Origin: an uncultured Acidobacterium sp.
Lineage (GTDB): Bacteria; Acidobacteriota; Vicinamibacteria; Vicinamibacterales; UBA2999
Direction of reading: 5' to 3'
Assembly (NCBI GenBank): GCA_964513235.1
Contig: CAZEMI010000017.1
Span: 13,835-77,834, forward strand
Length of the DNA: 64,000 nucleotides
Shown here: positions 8,343 to 17,201 of the stretch, piece after piece
Layout: every line of letters begins with the position of its first letter
How positions within the stretch are numbered: position 1 is the stretch's first letter
Notes under the pieces: model-generated
What the model was told of the DNA's origin: nothing
What the model saw: the letters and a program-made list of their open reading frames with translations, nothing else
Database searches by the model: none
Made by a program: the position numbers and the translations under genes

Positions 8343-9311
8343 TCAAAAGTCACCCAGGTAGATGATCTCATCTCGCAGCGTCACACCGAATTGATCTTTG
8401 ACGGCGGTCCGGCACCGCTCGATCAACTCGCGGATCGCCGCCGCTGAAGCTGTGCCGTCGTTGATGATGAAGTTCGCGTGTGTGGGCGAGACGCGCGCGC
8501 CGTGACTCTCCACGCCCTTGAGCCCGGCGCGATCGACCAGCGCGCCCGCCGACGGCGGCAGGCCGTCGGGCACCCGGTCGCGCGAGGGATCCGGATTCAT
8601 GAAAATGCACCCCGCACTCGCCGATTCGAGCGGCTGCGTGCGCTTGCGAAACGCGAGCGACTGGCGCGCCACGGCGCGAAGCGCCGCCGGATCGCCGCCG
8701 GGCGTCACCCGGAACGCCGCCCACAGCGCGATTTCACCGGTGCGCTTCAGCCGGCTGTCGTCGTAGTCGAATTCCATCCGATCGGCGGGCGCCTGCAGCA
8801 ACGCACCGTCTCGCCGCACCAGCCGCACACTCTCGACCAGGTCGCCGATATTCGTGCCCTTCCAGTGCGCGTTGCCATAAATCGCGCCGCCGACAGTGCC
8901 GGGCGTTCCCGCCCACGCCTCGAGGCCGGCATACCCGCGATTGATGGTCCAGCGCACGAGGCCGTTGATCGTGATCGCCGCATCGGCGCGCACGAGGGCC
9001 ACCGCAGGCACAGATGGCGCAGACTCAGGCGAACCGATGATCGACACGCTCCCACCCTTCGGCCGGATCACCAGGCCACCAATCCCGCTGTCGGCCACCA
9101 GCACGTTCGACCCGCCGCCAAGCAACGTGACCTTCACGCCGCCGGCGTGCGCGATCGTCACCGCCGCGATGAGCTCCGCCTCGGTGTGCGTCTCGAGAAA
9201 CACGTCGGCCGGGCCGCCGACCTTGAAGGTGGTCATGGGCGCGAGCGGCACGTTCCGGCGCACCCGCTCCGCGCCGAACCTCTGCTCGAGCGTCGCGGCC
9301 ACGTCGCTCAC
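8343..9311 (-). CDS. murB: UDP-N-acetylenolpyruvoylglucosamine reductase
   Basis: 322 aa with an FAD-binding MurB N-terminus (PLAPMTTFKVGGPADVF...LLGGGSNVLV) and a MurB C-terminal domain. The GTG start overlaps the pxpC stop (GTGA). Confidence 0.9.
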   Translation of the reverse strand: MSDVAATLEQRFGAERVRRNVPLAPMTTFKVGGPADVFLETHTEAELIAAVTIAHAGGVKVTLLGGGSNVLVADSGIGGLVIRPKGGSVSIIGSPESAPSVPAVALVRADAAITINGLVRWTINRGYAGLEAWAGTPGTVGGAIYGNAHWKGTNIGDLVESVRLVRRDGALLQAPADRMEFDYDDSRLKRTGEIALWAAFRVTPGGDPAALRAVARQSLAFRKRTQPLESASAGCIFMNPDPSRDRVPDGLPPSAGALVDRAGLKGVESHGARVSPTHANFIINDGTASAAAIRELIERCRTAVKDQFGVTLRDEIIYLGDF

Positions 9312-10258
9312 GACGGGTCCATCAGGTCGGCGTAGCGCAATAACTGCCGTTCGCGTGCGATCAGCGCCGCCACGGCTTCCTGGTGCGAACAGAGCACGAA
9401 CTCGATGAAGTCCCCGGGCGCGAGCTGGCCAGCCAGCGGCAAGTCCGCCGAAATCACGTGGCCGATCTTCGGATAGCCGCCGGCCGTCTGCCGATCGGCC
9501 ATCAGCAGAATCGGTTCGCCGGCAGCCGGCACCTGGATCGCGCCGATACCCACAGGTTCGGAAATCAATTCACCGTCCTTCACGCGCGGCAGCGGCGGAC
9601 CTTCGAGGCGATACCCCATCCGGTTCGAGCGCGGCGAGATCCGAAAACTCACGCTGACCATCAGCTTCAGGGCGTCTGGCGCAAACCAGTGATCCTGTGG
9701 TCCCAGTAACACCCGCAACAGCGCGCGTCCTTTTGGCGGCAGCGTGAGGCCTTCGGACTTCCGGTGCGGCCGGGGCACGGCACCGGTTGCAATCGGAATG
9801 CGATCGCCGGCCAGCAGGGCGCGGCCGGCCAGCCCGCCCATCCGGCTGACCAGATGTGTGGCGCGGCTGCCGAGCACCGGCGGCGTCTGCACCCCACCGG
9901 CCACTGCCAGGTATGCCCTGGCGCCGTGGTGGATGCGGCCGAATTTCAGTCGCGAACCCCCCCGGACGCCGAACGATGCACCCGTTGGCACCGAGCGATC
10001 GTCGCACGCCACGTCGAACTGCGCGCCGGCGATGGCTATCGTGGTGTCGGCCTCGACGATCAGCTCCGGGCCGATCAACGTAATCTCCAGCGCGGCCGCG
10101 CCGGGTTCATTCCCCACCAGCTGATTCGCCAGCCGGTGCGAGAAGGAATCCATCGGCCCCGCCACCGGAACACCCGACGCCTGGTGACCGAACCGGCCAA
10201 GGTCCTGCACCGTGGTCAACAGCCCGGGCTTCACGACGACAAGGGCGGCGGCACTCAT
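9308..10258 (-). CDS. pxpC: 5-oxoprolinase subunit C / allophanate hydrolase subunit 2 family (KipA-like)
   Basis: 316 aa with the typical AHS2 N-terminus (VVKPGLLTTVQDLGRFGHQASGVPVAGPMD) and ...GGYPKIGHVISADLPLAGQL. Confidence 0.8.
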   Translation of the reverse strand: MSAAALVVVKPGLLTTVQDLGRFGHQASGVPVAGPMDSFSHRLANQLVGNEPGAAALEITLIGPELIVEADTTIAIAGAQFDVACDDRSVPTGASFGVRGGSRLKFGRIHHGARAYLAVAGGVQTPPVLGSRATHLVSRMGGLAGRALLAGDRIPIATGAVPRPHRKSEGLTLPPKGRALLRVLLGPQDHWFAPDALKLMVSVSFRISPRSNRMGYRLEGPPLPRVKDGELISEPVGIGAIQVPAAGEPILLMADRQTAGGYPKIGHVISADLPLAGQLAPGDFIEFVLCSHQEAVAALIARERQLLRYADLMDPS

Positions 10259-10908
10259 GAGCGCGGCAACGCCACGAAGCGCACGAGATCGCCCGGCGAC
10301 AGCAGGCTGGGCGTCGCGCGATCGGCATCAAACATCACGGTTGGCGTGTGACCGATCAACTGCCAGCCGCCCGGGCTGTCCACCGGATAGACGCCCGTCT
10401 GCCCACCGGCGATGCCGACCGATCCCGCCGGCACGCGCTCGCGCGGCACGCGATGCCGCGGTGCCGCAATCACCGGGTCGACACGGCCCATGTACGCAAA
10501 GCCGGGTACAAACCCAAGCATGTACACGCGATACGTGCGGTGGGCGTGCCGCTCGATCACTTCCGGTTCGGAACATCCCGCGTGTTCGGCCACCGCCTTC
10601 AGGTCCGGGCCGCCGGCTCCGCCGTACTGCACGGGTATCTCGATGATTGGCCGTTCGCCGATCGACTCGACGGTCTCGATCGCGGCGAACGCACCCTCGA
10701 TGGCGCGCTCGAGAGCGGCGAGGTCGGTCTGGATCGGATCGAAGTGCACGCCGAGCGTGCAATAGCCGGGCGCGACATCACGCACGCCGCGCGCCGCCCG
10801 TGCCCGGATTCTCGACGCCAGCAGGATCGCGCGTTCGTTGACCACCGGATCGATCGCCGGCTCGAGCTCGACGAGCAGCATCGAATCACCGCAGTGTCTG
10901 ATTGTCAC
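10255..10908 (-). CDS. pxpB: 5-oxoprolinase subunit B / allophanate hydrolase subunit 1 family (KipI-like)
   Basis: 217 aa, AHS1-like (YRVYMLGFVPGFAYMG...GSVGIAGGQTGVYPVDSPGGWQLIG). An ATGA overlap joins it to pxpC and a GTGA overlap joins it to mpl. Confidence 0.8.
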   Translation of the reverse strand: MTIRHCGDSMLLVELEPAIDPVVNERAILLASRIRARAARGVRDVAPGYCTLGVHFDPIQTDLAALERAIEGAFAAIETVESIGERPIIEIPVQYGGAGGPDLKAVAEHAGCSEPEVIERHAHRTYRVYMLGFVPGFAYMGRVDPVIAAPRHRVPRERVPAGSVGIAGGQTGVYPVDSPGGWQLIGHTPTVMFDADRATPSLLSPGDLVRFVALPRS

Positions 10909-12365
10909 GCTTTTGTACGCAGGGGCGGGACTATCGTGTCCGCCGTCGCTTCAGCAGAGGCGGACGTCCCGCCCGCCAGCGCATCCAGCAACTTCTTGTG
11001 GATGCCGCCGAAGCCGCCGTTCGACATGACGACGATCACATCGCCGTCGCGAGCGTCGCCGGCCACGGCCTCGACAATGGCGTCGACGGTCGGCAGGTGG
11101 CGCGCGCGCACGTTGCGGCGCGCGAGATCGTCGACGAGCCGGCTCTCCGAGAGACGTTCCTCGGGCGGCAGGCTCGATCGGAACACCGGAGCCAGCACCA
11201 CTTCGTCGGCGCCCGCAAACGCGCGGGCAAAGTCGTCCTGGAACACGCGGCGGCACGATGAAGCGGAGCGGGGCTCGAAGATCGCCCAGACGCGCCGGCC
11301 CGGCGCGGCGTGACGGATCGCGCGCAGGGTCTCATCGACGGCCGTGGGATGGTGCGCGAAGTCGTCGTAGACGGTGACGCCCTTTCGAACCCCAACCACC
11401 TCGAGCCGTCGCTTCACGCCCGTGAATTCCGCGAGCCCCTGGCGCAGCTGCTCGAGATCGAGACCCAGATCGGCACCGACGGCAATGGCGGCCAGGGCGT
11501 TTCGCACGTTGTGCTCGCCGAGCAGCGCCATCGTGAACTCGCCGAGATCCTGTCCGCCTCGAGCGACATGGAAACGCGTGCCGCCCAGCGCGCGTAGATT
11601 GGTGGCGCGCCAGCCGGCACCTTCGTTCAGGCCGAACGTCTGCACGCGGCTCCGCGCATGCTCCGCCAGCGCCGCCGCGTCAGGACTATCCGATCCCAGC
11701 AGCACAAGACCACGGCGTGGCACGAGATTGACCAGCCGCCTGAACGCGAGCCGCACCTCGTCGAGATCGGCATAGATGTCGGCGTGATCGAACTCGATGT
11801 TGTTGATCACGGCGATGTCCGGCAGGTACTTCAGGAACTTCGCGGTCTTGTCGAAGTAGGCGCTGTCGTACTCGTCGCCTTCGATGACGAAGGCCTTTCC
11901 CTTGCCGATTCGATAACTCGCGCCGTCAGCGCCGAAGTTGCGCGCGATGCCGCCAATCAACACCGTCGGATCCGCGCCGGCCGCCGTCAGCAGCCATCCG
12001 GTGATCGCGGTCGTCGTGGTCTTGCCATGCGTTCCGGCAATCACGATCGAGTGCGCGTCCCACAGCCACTGGTCGCGAATGGTCTCCGGCAGCGAGGCGT
12101 AGCGGAGGCCCGTATCGAGCACCGCCTCGAGCTCGGCGTTGCCGCGTGAGATCGCATTGCCGACCACCACGAGATCGATCGCGCCCTGCACGTGCTCGGC
12201 TTGGTAGCCTTCGAGCACCGGGATGCGCTCGGCCGCAAGGAAATCGCTCATCGGTGGATAGAGATGCTCGTCCGATCCGCTCACGTCGTGGCCGCGATGC
12301 TTCAACATCGCCGCGAGTGTGGCCATGGCCGTGCCGGCGATGCCGATCAGATGAATGCGCGCCAC
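10905..12365 (-). CDS. mpl: UDP-N-acetylmuramate:L-alanyl-gamma-D-glutamyl-meso-DAP ligase
   Basis: Mur ligase family (IHLIGIAGTAMATLAAMLKHRGHDVSGSD, GTHGKTTTT). I trimmed the track ORF to the GTG at 12365 (VARIHLIG), which overlaps the ldcA stop by 1 nt. The upstream extension looks non-coding. Confidence 0.85.
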   Translation of the reverse strand: MARIHLIGIAGTAMATLAAMLKHRGHDVSGSDEHLYPPMSDFLAAERIPVLEGYQAEHVQGAIDLVVVGNAISRGNAELEAVLDTGLRYASLPETIRDQWLWDAHSIVIAGTHGKTTTTAITGWLLTAAGADPTVLIGGIARNFGADGASYRIGKGKAFVIEGDEYDSAYFDKTAKFLKYLPDIAVINNIEFDHADIYADLDEVRLAFRRLVNLVPRRGLVLLGSDSPDAAALAEHARSRVQTFGLNEGAGWRATNLRALGGTRFHVARGGQDLGEFTMALLGEHNVRNALAAIAVGADLGLDLEQLRQGLAEFTGVKRRLEVVGVRKGVTVYDDFAHHPTAVDETLRAIRHAAPGRRVWAIFEPRSASSCRRVFQDDFARAFAGADEVVLAPVFRSSLPPEERLSESRLVDDLARRNVRARHLPTVDAIVEAVAGDARDGDVIVVMSNGGFGGIHKKLLDALAGGTSASAEATADTIVPPLRTKA

Positions 12366-13285
12366 TACTCGACCGCGGCCTCGAGGATCCGAACCACCGG
12401 CGACGGGCCGGCCGTCACTTCGGCCTTCACGCCGAAGGGCAACGTCCACGTCGGCCCGCTGGTGTGACCCGATGGAAAGTTGAACAGCACCGGCCCGCGG
12501 AACTCCGCGGTGAAATCCCGGAGCACGTCGCGGATGGCCGGGTCACCACCGGGTTCATCACACCCCGGAAACTCGCCGAAGACAATGGCCGAGGCGTTGA
12601 CGAAGAGTCCGGCCTGTGCCGCCTGGGTCAACAACCGGTGAATGCGATACGGGCGCTCGCCGATGTCTTCCAGGAACAGGACCGCGCCGTGCGGCGGGTC
12701 GAATTCCCACGGCGTGCCCATCGACGCCATCAGCTGCGTGAGGGTCCCGCCGGCGAGCACGCCGGTCGCGGCGCCGGGATGCAAGGTGTCAAGCCGATCG
12801 GGCCGCAAATCACCCGCCGGATCGGCGGTCATCACCACGCGCCGGAATGACTCCTCGTGGTACGCGTTCGGCCCTTTCGACAGGCGCCGATCGATCATGG
12901 GGCCGTGAATCGCGGTCAGGCCATTCTTCAGATACAGCCAGAGTAACGCCGTGATGTCGCTGTAACCAATCAGCGGCTTACGGGACGACCGCAGCAATGG
13001 TGTGTCGAGCAAGGGTAACAGCTGCGCACTGCCGTAGCCGCCGCGCATGGCGATGAGCGCCGCGATTCCGGGGTCGGCCCACGCCTGGTGAATCGCGTCG
13101 ACGCGCGTCTGGACGGAGCCGGCAACGAATCTCTCTCTGTCGAAGATGGAAGGATCGTAAACCGCCTCCAGGCCCAGTCGCGCGAGCTCGGCGACCCCGG
13201 CCTCAACCTCCTCCGGAGGAAACGAGCTGGCCGGCGCCACCAAGGCCACGCGATCGCCAGGCGTCAACCGCCGCAGGCGAATCAC
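12365..13285 (-). CDS. ldcA: LD-carboxypeptidase (muramoyltetrapeptide carboxypeptidase)
   Basis: S66 peptidase-like (LTPGDRVALVAPASSF...GYSDITALL...FPSGHT). I trimmed the start to the GTG at 13285 (VIRLRRLTPGD). Confidence 0.8.
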   Translation of the reverse strand: MIRLRRLTPGDRVALVAPASSFPPEEVEAGVAELARLGLEAVYDPSIFDRERFVAGSVQTRVDAIHQAWADPGIAALIAMRGGYGSAQLLPLLDTPLLRSSRKPLIGYSDITALLWLYLKNGLTAIHGPMIDRRLSKGPNAYHEESFRRVVMTADPAGDLRPDRLDTLHPGAATGVLAGGTLTQLMASMGTPWEFDPPHGAVLFLEDIGERPYRIHRLLTQAAQAGLFVNASAIVFGEFPGCDEPGGDPAIRDVLRDFTAEFRGPVLFNFPSGHTSGPTWTLPFGVKAEVTAGPSPVVRILEAAVE

Positions 13286-13305
13286 CCTTCGACTCCGCTC
13301 AGGGT
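13284..13305. repeat. REP-like hairpin, copy A (conserved loop TCGACTCCGCTC)
   Basis: ACCCT-TCGACTCCGCTC-AGGGT in the nagZ-ldcA spacer. It overlaps the ldcA GTG. Confidence 0.7.
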
Positions 13306-13307
13306 TG

Positions 13308-14408
13308 TCACAAATAGGCCGCCATCTGGGCCGCCACCAATTGATGCTCTTCGCGGCCAAGCACGCCGCGCAGGGCGCGGATTCGGGCCGTCGGCCCCAG
13401 CCGCTCGCCGGTCAGAAACCGCTGCTTCACCCGTTTCAACCGTAGGAACGCATCGTCACACCGCTTGGCCGGAATTTTTCCGGACTCGATCGCCTTGACG
13501 AGCGCTTCCAAGGTGCGGGCCTGCAGATCGACGTCGCCCTGGCAGACGAGCACGGCATCGCAACCCGCGCGAATCGCGTCAACCGCGGCGTCCGGGACCG
13601 CGGACTGCGCGCTCACCGCTTTCATCTCCAGGTCGTCGCTCAAGATGACGCCCTCGTATTTCAATTCCTCGCGCAGCACGGCTTGCACCACGTGCGGCGA
13701 CAGCGTGGCGGGCCGATTCTCATCCAGCGCCGGCACGAGCACGTGGGCGGTCATGATGAACGCCACCTGCTCCGCCACGGCGGCGCGAAATGGTTCGAAC
13801 TCAATCGCGCGCAGGCGCGCGACCTCGTGCTCGACCACGGGCAGCTCGACATGCGAGTCGGTGCTGGTGTCGCCGTGGCCGGGGAAGTGTTTTCCGCACG
13901 CGGCCAGGCCGGCGCCCTGCAAGCCGCGAATGATCACGCGCCCGAGCCTGGCGACGTCTTCCGCGCGTTCCGCGAGCGCGCGATCGCCGATCACCGGGTT
14001 CTTCGGGTTGGTGTGGATATCCAGAACCGGCGCGTAATCCAGGGTGATGCCGACGGCCAGCAATTCCTCGGCGAGCGCCCTGGCGAACCGCCCCGCGAGC
14101 AGCTCCGACTCCCCGCCGGCGCGCCCGAGCGTGGCCATCGGCGGCCACTTGGTAAAAGGCTCCTTGAGACGCGCGACGCGGCCGCCTTCCTGATCGACGC
14201 TGACCCACGCGGGCATCGCGCGCCCAAGCGCCTCGCTCTCCGCCGACAGCTCCGCCACCTGTTCGGGTGCTTCGATGTTACGGCTGAACAGGATCACACC
14301 GCCGAGATCGAATTCCCCGGCGAGCGATCGCAGCTCCGCGGGAATGGTCGTGCCGGGCATGCTGCCGATCAGAAACTGTCCAATGTCGCGTCGCGTCGCC
14401 AGTGGCAT
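13308..14408 (-). CDS. nagZ: Beta-N-acetylhexosaminidase (GH3)
   Basis: 366 aa with GH3 motifs (GGVILFSRNI, VDQEGGRVARL, KHFPGHGDTSTDSH). Confidence 0.9.
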   Translation of the reverse strand: MPLATRRDIGQFLIGSMPGTTIPAELRSLAGEFDLGGVILFSRNIEAPEQVAELSAESEALGRAMPAWVSVDQEGGRVARLKEPFTKWPPMATLGRAGGESELLAGRFARALAEELLAVGITLDYAPVLDIHTNPKNPVIGDRALAERAEDVARLGRVIIRGLQGAGLAACGKHFPGHGDTSTDSHVELPVVEHEVARLRAIEFEPFRAAVAEQVAFIMTAHVLVPALDENRPATLSPHVVQAVLREELKYEGVILSDDLEMKAVSAQSAVPDAAVDAIRAGCDAVLVCQGDVDLQARTLEALVKAIESGKIPAKRCDDAFLRLKRVKQRFLTGERLGPTARIRALRGVLGREEHQLVAAQMAAYL

Positions 14409-14419
14409 CGTGCTTCGAG

Positions 14420-14429
14420 AATTATAATT
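14420..14429. promoter_or_regulatory. Palindromic AATTATAATT giving a TATAAT -10 box on both strands
   Basis: The 26-nt gap between the nagZ ATG (14408) and the GTG at 14435 contains a perfect palindrome. It reads TATAAT at 14423-14428 on the plus strand and at 14426-14421 on the minus strand. Confidence 0.45.
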
Positions 14430-14434
14430 GCGTC

Positions 14435-15427
14435 GTGCGTATCACGGCGTCCGCGCCTACAAGAATCGATCTGGCCGGTGGCACCCTCGACATCTGGCCG
14501 TTGTATCTCTTTCACCACGGCGCCCAGACGCTCAATGCCGCGATCAGCCTGCGGGCACGCGCCTGGATCGAGCCCCGGCCCGACGAGCGCATCGAGCTGG
14601 TGTCGGAAGACATCGATAAACAGGTCAACCTCTCCTTCGATCAGCTGCCGGGCGACGACACGCTCCCGCTGCTGGCCAAACTGGCCCATCGGTTCGGCGC
14701 ACGCGGCATCCGTCTGACCACGCGCGGCGAATCGCCGGCGGGTGCCGGCATTGCCGGATCCTCGGCGATGAACGTGGCCATCTGCGGCGCGCTGGCCAAG
14801 CACACTCGCGCCGCGCTCGAGCCCGAAGACCTGCTCGAGATCGCGAAGGACGTGGAGGCGCAGGTAATCAAGGTGCCGACGGGCCTCCAGGATTACCGGC
14901 CGGCCATGTATGGGGGCATCGCGGCCATCGAGCTGCACGCCGGCAAGCCCGTTCGCGTCGCGCTGGACGTGAGTCCCCGCGAGCTCGAGCGACGCGTGGT
15001 GCTCTGTTACACGGGCGAGCCGCGCAATTCCGGCACCAACAACTGGGAGATTACCAAGCGCCATATCGACGGCGATGCGCACATCTTCGATTGCTTCGAG
15101 CGCATCCGCGATACCGCGGCCCAGATGCGCGAGGCGCTCACCCGCGGCGACTGGGACGCCACGGCCGCGTGCCTGGCCACCGAATGGGAGAACCGAAAGC
15201 GGCTGGCGCCCGGCGTGACGACTCCGGCGATCGAGGCGCTGATCGCGCGCGCCATGGCGGCAGGCGCCAAGGCCGCGAAGGTGTGCGGCGCCGGCGGCGG
15301 CGGCTGCATGTTCTGCCTCGTGCCGCCTGACGATGTGCCGGCGGTGCGTGAAGCGCTGGCCGACGGCGGCGCGGGGCTGCTCGACGTCCGCATCGAAACG
15401 ACGGGCCTCGACCTCACCACCGAATGA
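14435..15427 (+). CDS. GHMP-family sugar kinase (substrate unknown)
   Basis: The N-terminus RITASAPTRIDLAGGTLD and the motif PAGAGIAGSSA are GHMP signatures. I chose the GTG at 14435; the track start at 14402 would overlap the nagZ start. Confidence 0.7.
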   Translation: MRITASAPTRIDLAGGTLDIWPLYLFHHGAQTLNAAISLRARAWIEPRPDERIELVSEDIDKQVNLSFDQLPGDDTLPLLAKLAHRFGARGIRLTTRGESPAGAGIAGSSAMNVAICGALAKHTRAALEPEDLLEIAKDVEAQVIKVPTGLQDYRPAMYGGIAAIELHAGKPVRVALDVSPRELERRVVLCYTGEPRNSGTNNWEITKRHIDGDAHIFDCFERIRDTAAQMREALTRGDWDATAACLATEWENRKRLAPGVTTPAIEALIARAMAAGAKAAKVCGAGGGGCMFCLVPPDDVPAVREALADGGAGLLDVRIETTGLDLTTE

Positions 15428-17160
15428 GCACCACCCAGCCCTCGCCGCTCGACAACCGCGCGGTGGCGCGCACGCTGTCGGAGATTGCGGACCTGCTCGA
15501 GCTCAAGGGCGACAACCCGTTCAAGATCCGCGCGTACCGCAACGCCGCCGACATCGTGGGCCACGCCGCCGAGCAGGTGGCGGGCCTGGACGAGGCCGGC
15601 CTGCGCGCGTGGAACGGGATCGGCAAGGACCTCGCCGGCCGCATCCGCGAAATCGCCCTCACCGGCGATTGCGCCATCCGCCAGGAGCTGCTGACCGAAT
15701 TCCCGGAGACGTTGCTCGAAGTCCTCAGGCTCCAGGGCGTGGGCCCGAAAACCGTCGCGGTGCTCTATCGCGAATTGCGAATCAAGAGCCTGGCGGATCT
15801 CGCCGAGGCGGCTAAGGCCGGACGCATTCGATCGCTGAAAGGCATGGGCTCGAAGAAGGAGCAGCTCATTCTCCAGGCGATTGAAGAGCGCCAGCGCCAT
15901 GCCGGGCGGCATCTGCTCGCGCGCGCCACCGAAGCCGCCGAGGCCATCGTCGCTTACCTGACGGCGCTGGCGCCGTCGGCGGACATCATCACCGTCGGCA
16001 GCGTTCGGCGCGGACAGGAAACCAGCGGCGACCTCGACATCCTGGCGTCGGGCGCGGACGCGTCGCTCACCAATGCGTTCGTGCAGTATCCCGGTGTCGA
16101 GCGCGTGCTCGGGCACGGCGGCGGCAAGGCCAGCGTGCTGATGCGCGGCGGGTTCCAGGCCGATCTGCGGATCGTCACGCCCGATCAGCGCGGCGCCGCC
16201 ATGCAGTACTTCACGGGATCGAAGGCGCACAACATCGTGTTGCGCGACAAGGCCCTCGAGCGCGGCTGGAAGCTGAACGAGTACGGCCTCTTCGATCCCG
16301 ATGAGCGCGCGATCGCCGGCGCCAGCGAGGACGAGATCTACGACGCCCTCGGCATGGCCTATGTGCCGCCCGAACTGCGCGAAAACCGCGGCGAGATCGA
16401 CGCGGCGCTGGAGCACCGGCTGCCCCGCCTGATCGAGGCGTCGGACCTCAGGGGTGACGTGCACATGCACACCACCGAGTCCGACGGCCGCGAATCCCTG
16501 GAGACCATGGTCGCTGCCGCCAGGGCGCGCGGGCTCGAGTTCATCGCCATCACCGACCACACCCAGTCGCTGGCCATGGCCAACGGTCTCGACGAGACGC
16601 GCACCATGGCCAACGCGGAGCGGGTCCGCAATTACTCGAGAAGCCTGAAGGGTTTTACCGTGCTGGCCGGCGCCGAGGTTGACATCCTCTCCGATGGCCG
16701 GCTCGACTTGACCGACAACTGCCTGGCCTCGCTGGACATCGTGATTGCGTCGCTGCACTCGCAGTTGCAACAGGAAGAGGATGAGACGACGCGGCGATTG
16801 ATTCGCGCCATCGAGCATCCGGCGGTGGACATTCTCGGCCACCCCACGGCCCGGATGCTCTTGCGCCGTGAAGGCGCCAAGTTCAAGCTCGAGAAAGTGA
16901 TTGACGCCGCCGTCGCCAACGGCGTCGCGCTCGAGATCAACTCGCAGCCGCATCGGCTGGATTTGTGCGACAGCCACGCGCGCCTCGCCCGGGATCGCGG
17001 CGCCAAGCTCGCCGTCAACTCCGACGCCCACGAAATCGACGCCCTCGGCTACACGCGCTGGGGTATCCTGACGGCGCGCCGGGCCTGGCTCACGAAGGAT
17101 GACGTGATCAATACGCGGCCGCTGAAACAGTTCCGCGCCAGCTTACGAAGGAATCGATAG
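15424..17160 (+). CDS. polX: DNA polymerase X family protein with C-terminal PHP domain
   Basis: 578 aa with HhH motifs (KIRAYRNAADIV, GVGPKTVAVLY), a Pol beta-like nucleotidyltransferase (GSVRRGQETSGDLDIL) and a PHP domain (GDVHMHTTESDG...ITDH). Its ATG overlaps the GHMP kinase stop (ATGA). Confidence 0.9.
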   Translation: MSTTQPSPLDNRAVARTLSEIADLLELKGDNPFKIRAYRNAADIVGHAAEQVAGLDEAGLRAWNGIGKDLAGRIREIALTGDCAIRQELLTEFPETLLEVLRLQGVGPKTVAVLYRELRIKSLADLAEAAKAGRIRSLKGMGSKKEQLILQAIEERQRHAGRHLLARATEAAEAIVAYLTALAPSADIITVGSVRRGQETSGDLDILASGADASLTNAFVQYPGVERVLGHGGGKASVLMRGGFQADLRIVTPDQRGAAMQYFTGSKAHNIVLRDKALERGWKLNEYGLFDPDERAIAGASEDEIYDALGMAYVPPELRENRGEIDAALEHRLPRLIEASDLRGDVHMHTTESDGRESLETMVAAARARGLEFIAITDHTQSLAMANGLDETRTMANAERVRNYSRSLKGFTVLAGAEVDILSDGRLDLTDNCLASLDIVIASLHSQLQQEEDETTRRLIRAIEHPAVDILGHPTARMLLRREGAKFKLEKVIDAAVANGVALEINSQPHRLDLCDSHARLARDRGAKLAVNSDAHEIDALGYTRWGILTARRAWLTKDDVINTRPLKQFRASLRRNR

Positions 17161-17168
17161 AATTACGG

Positions 17169-17201
17169 CCCAAGTCCCAGGACCCAAGACCCAGGACCCT
17201 T
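17169..17201. repeat. Heptamer tandem repeat CCCAGGA/CCCAAGA x4.5
   Basis: CCCAAGT CCCAGGA CCCAAGA CCCAGGA CCCTT lies directly before the ATG at 17202. Confidence 0.85.

Noticed and set aside
15007-17031. 674-aa minus-strand ORF, one of the longest in the track
   Set aside because: It lies entirely antisense to polX, whose product has clear PolX and PHP motifs. Its translation is Arg/Gly/Ala/Val/Asp-rich with no recognisable motifs, which is typical of open antisense frames in high-GC DNA.
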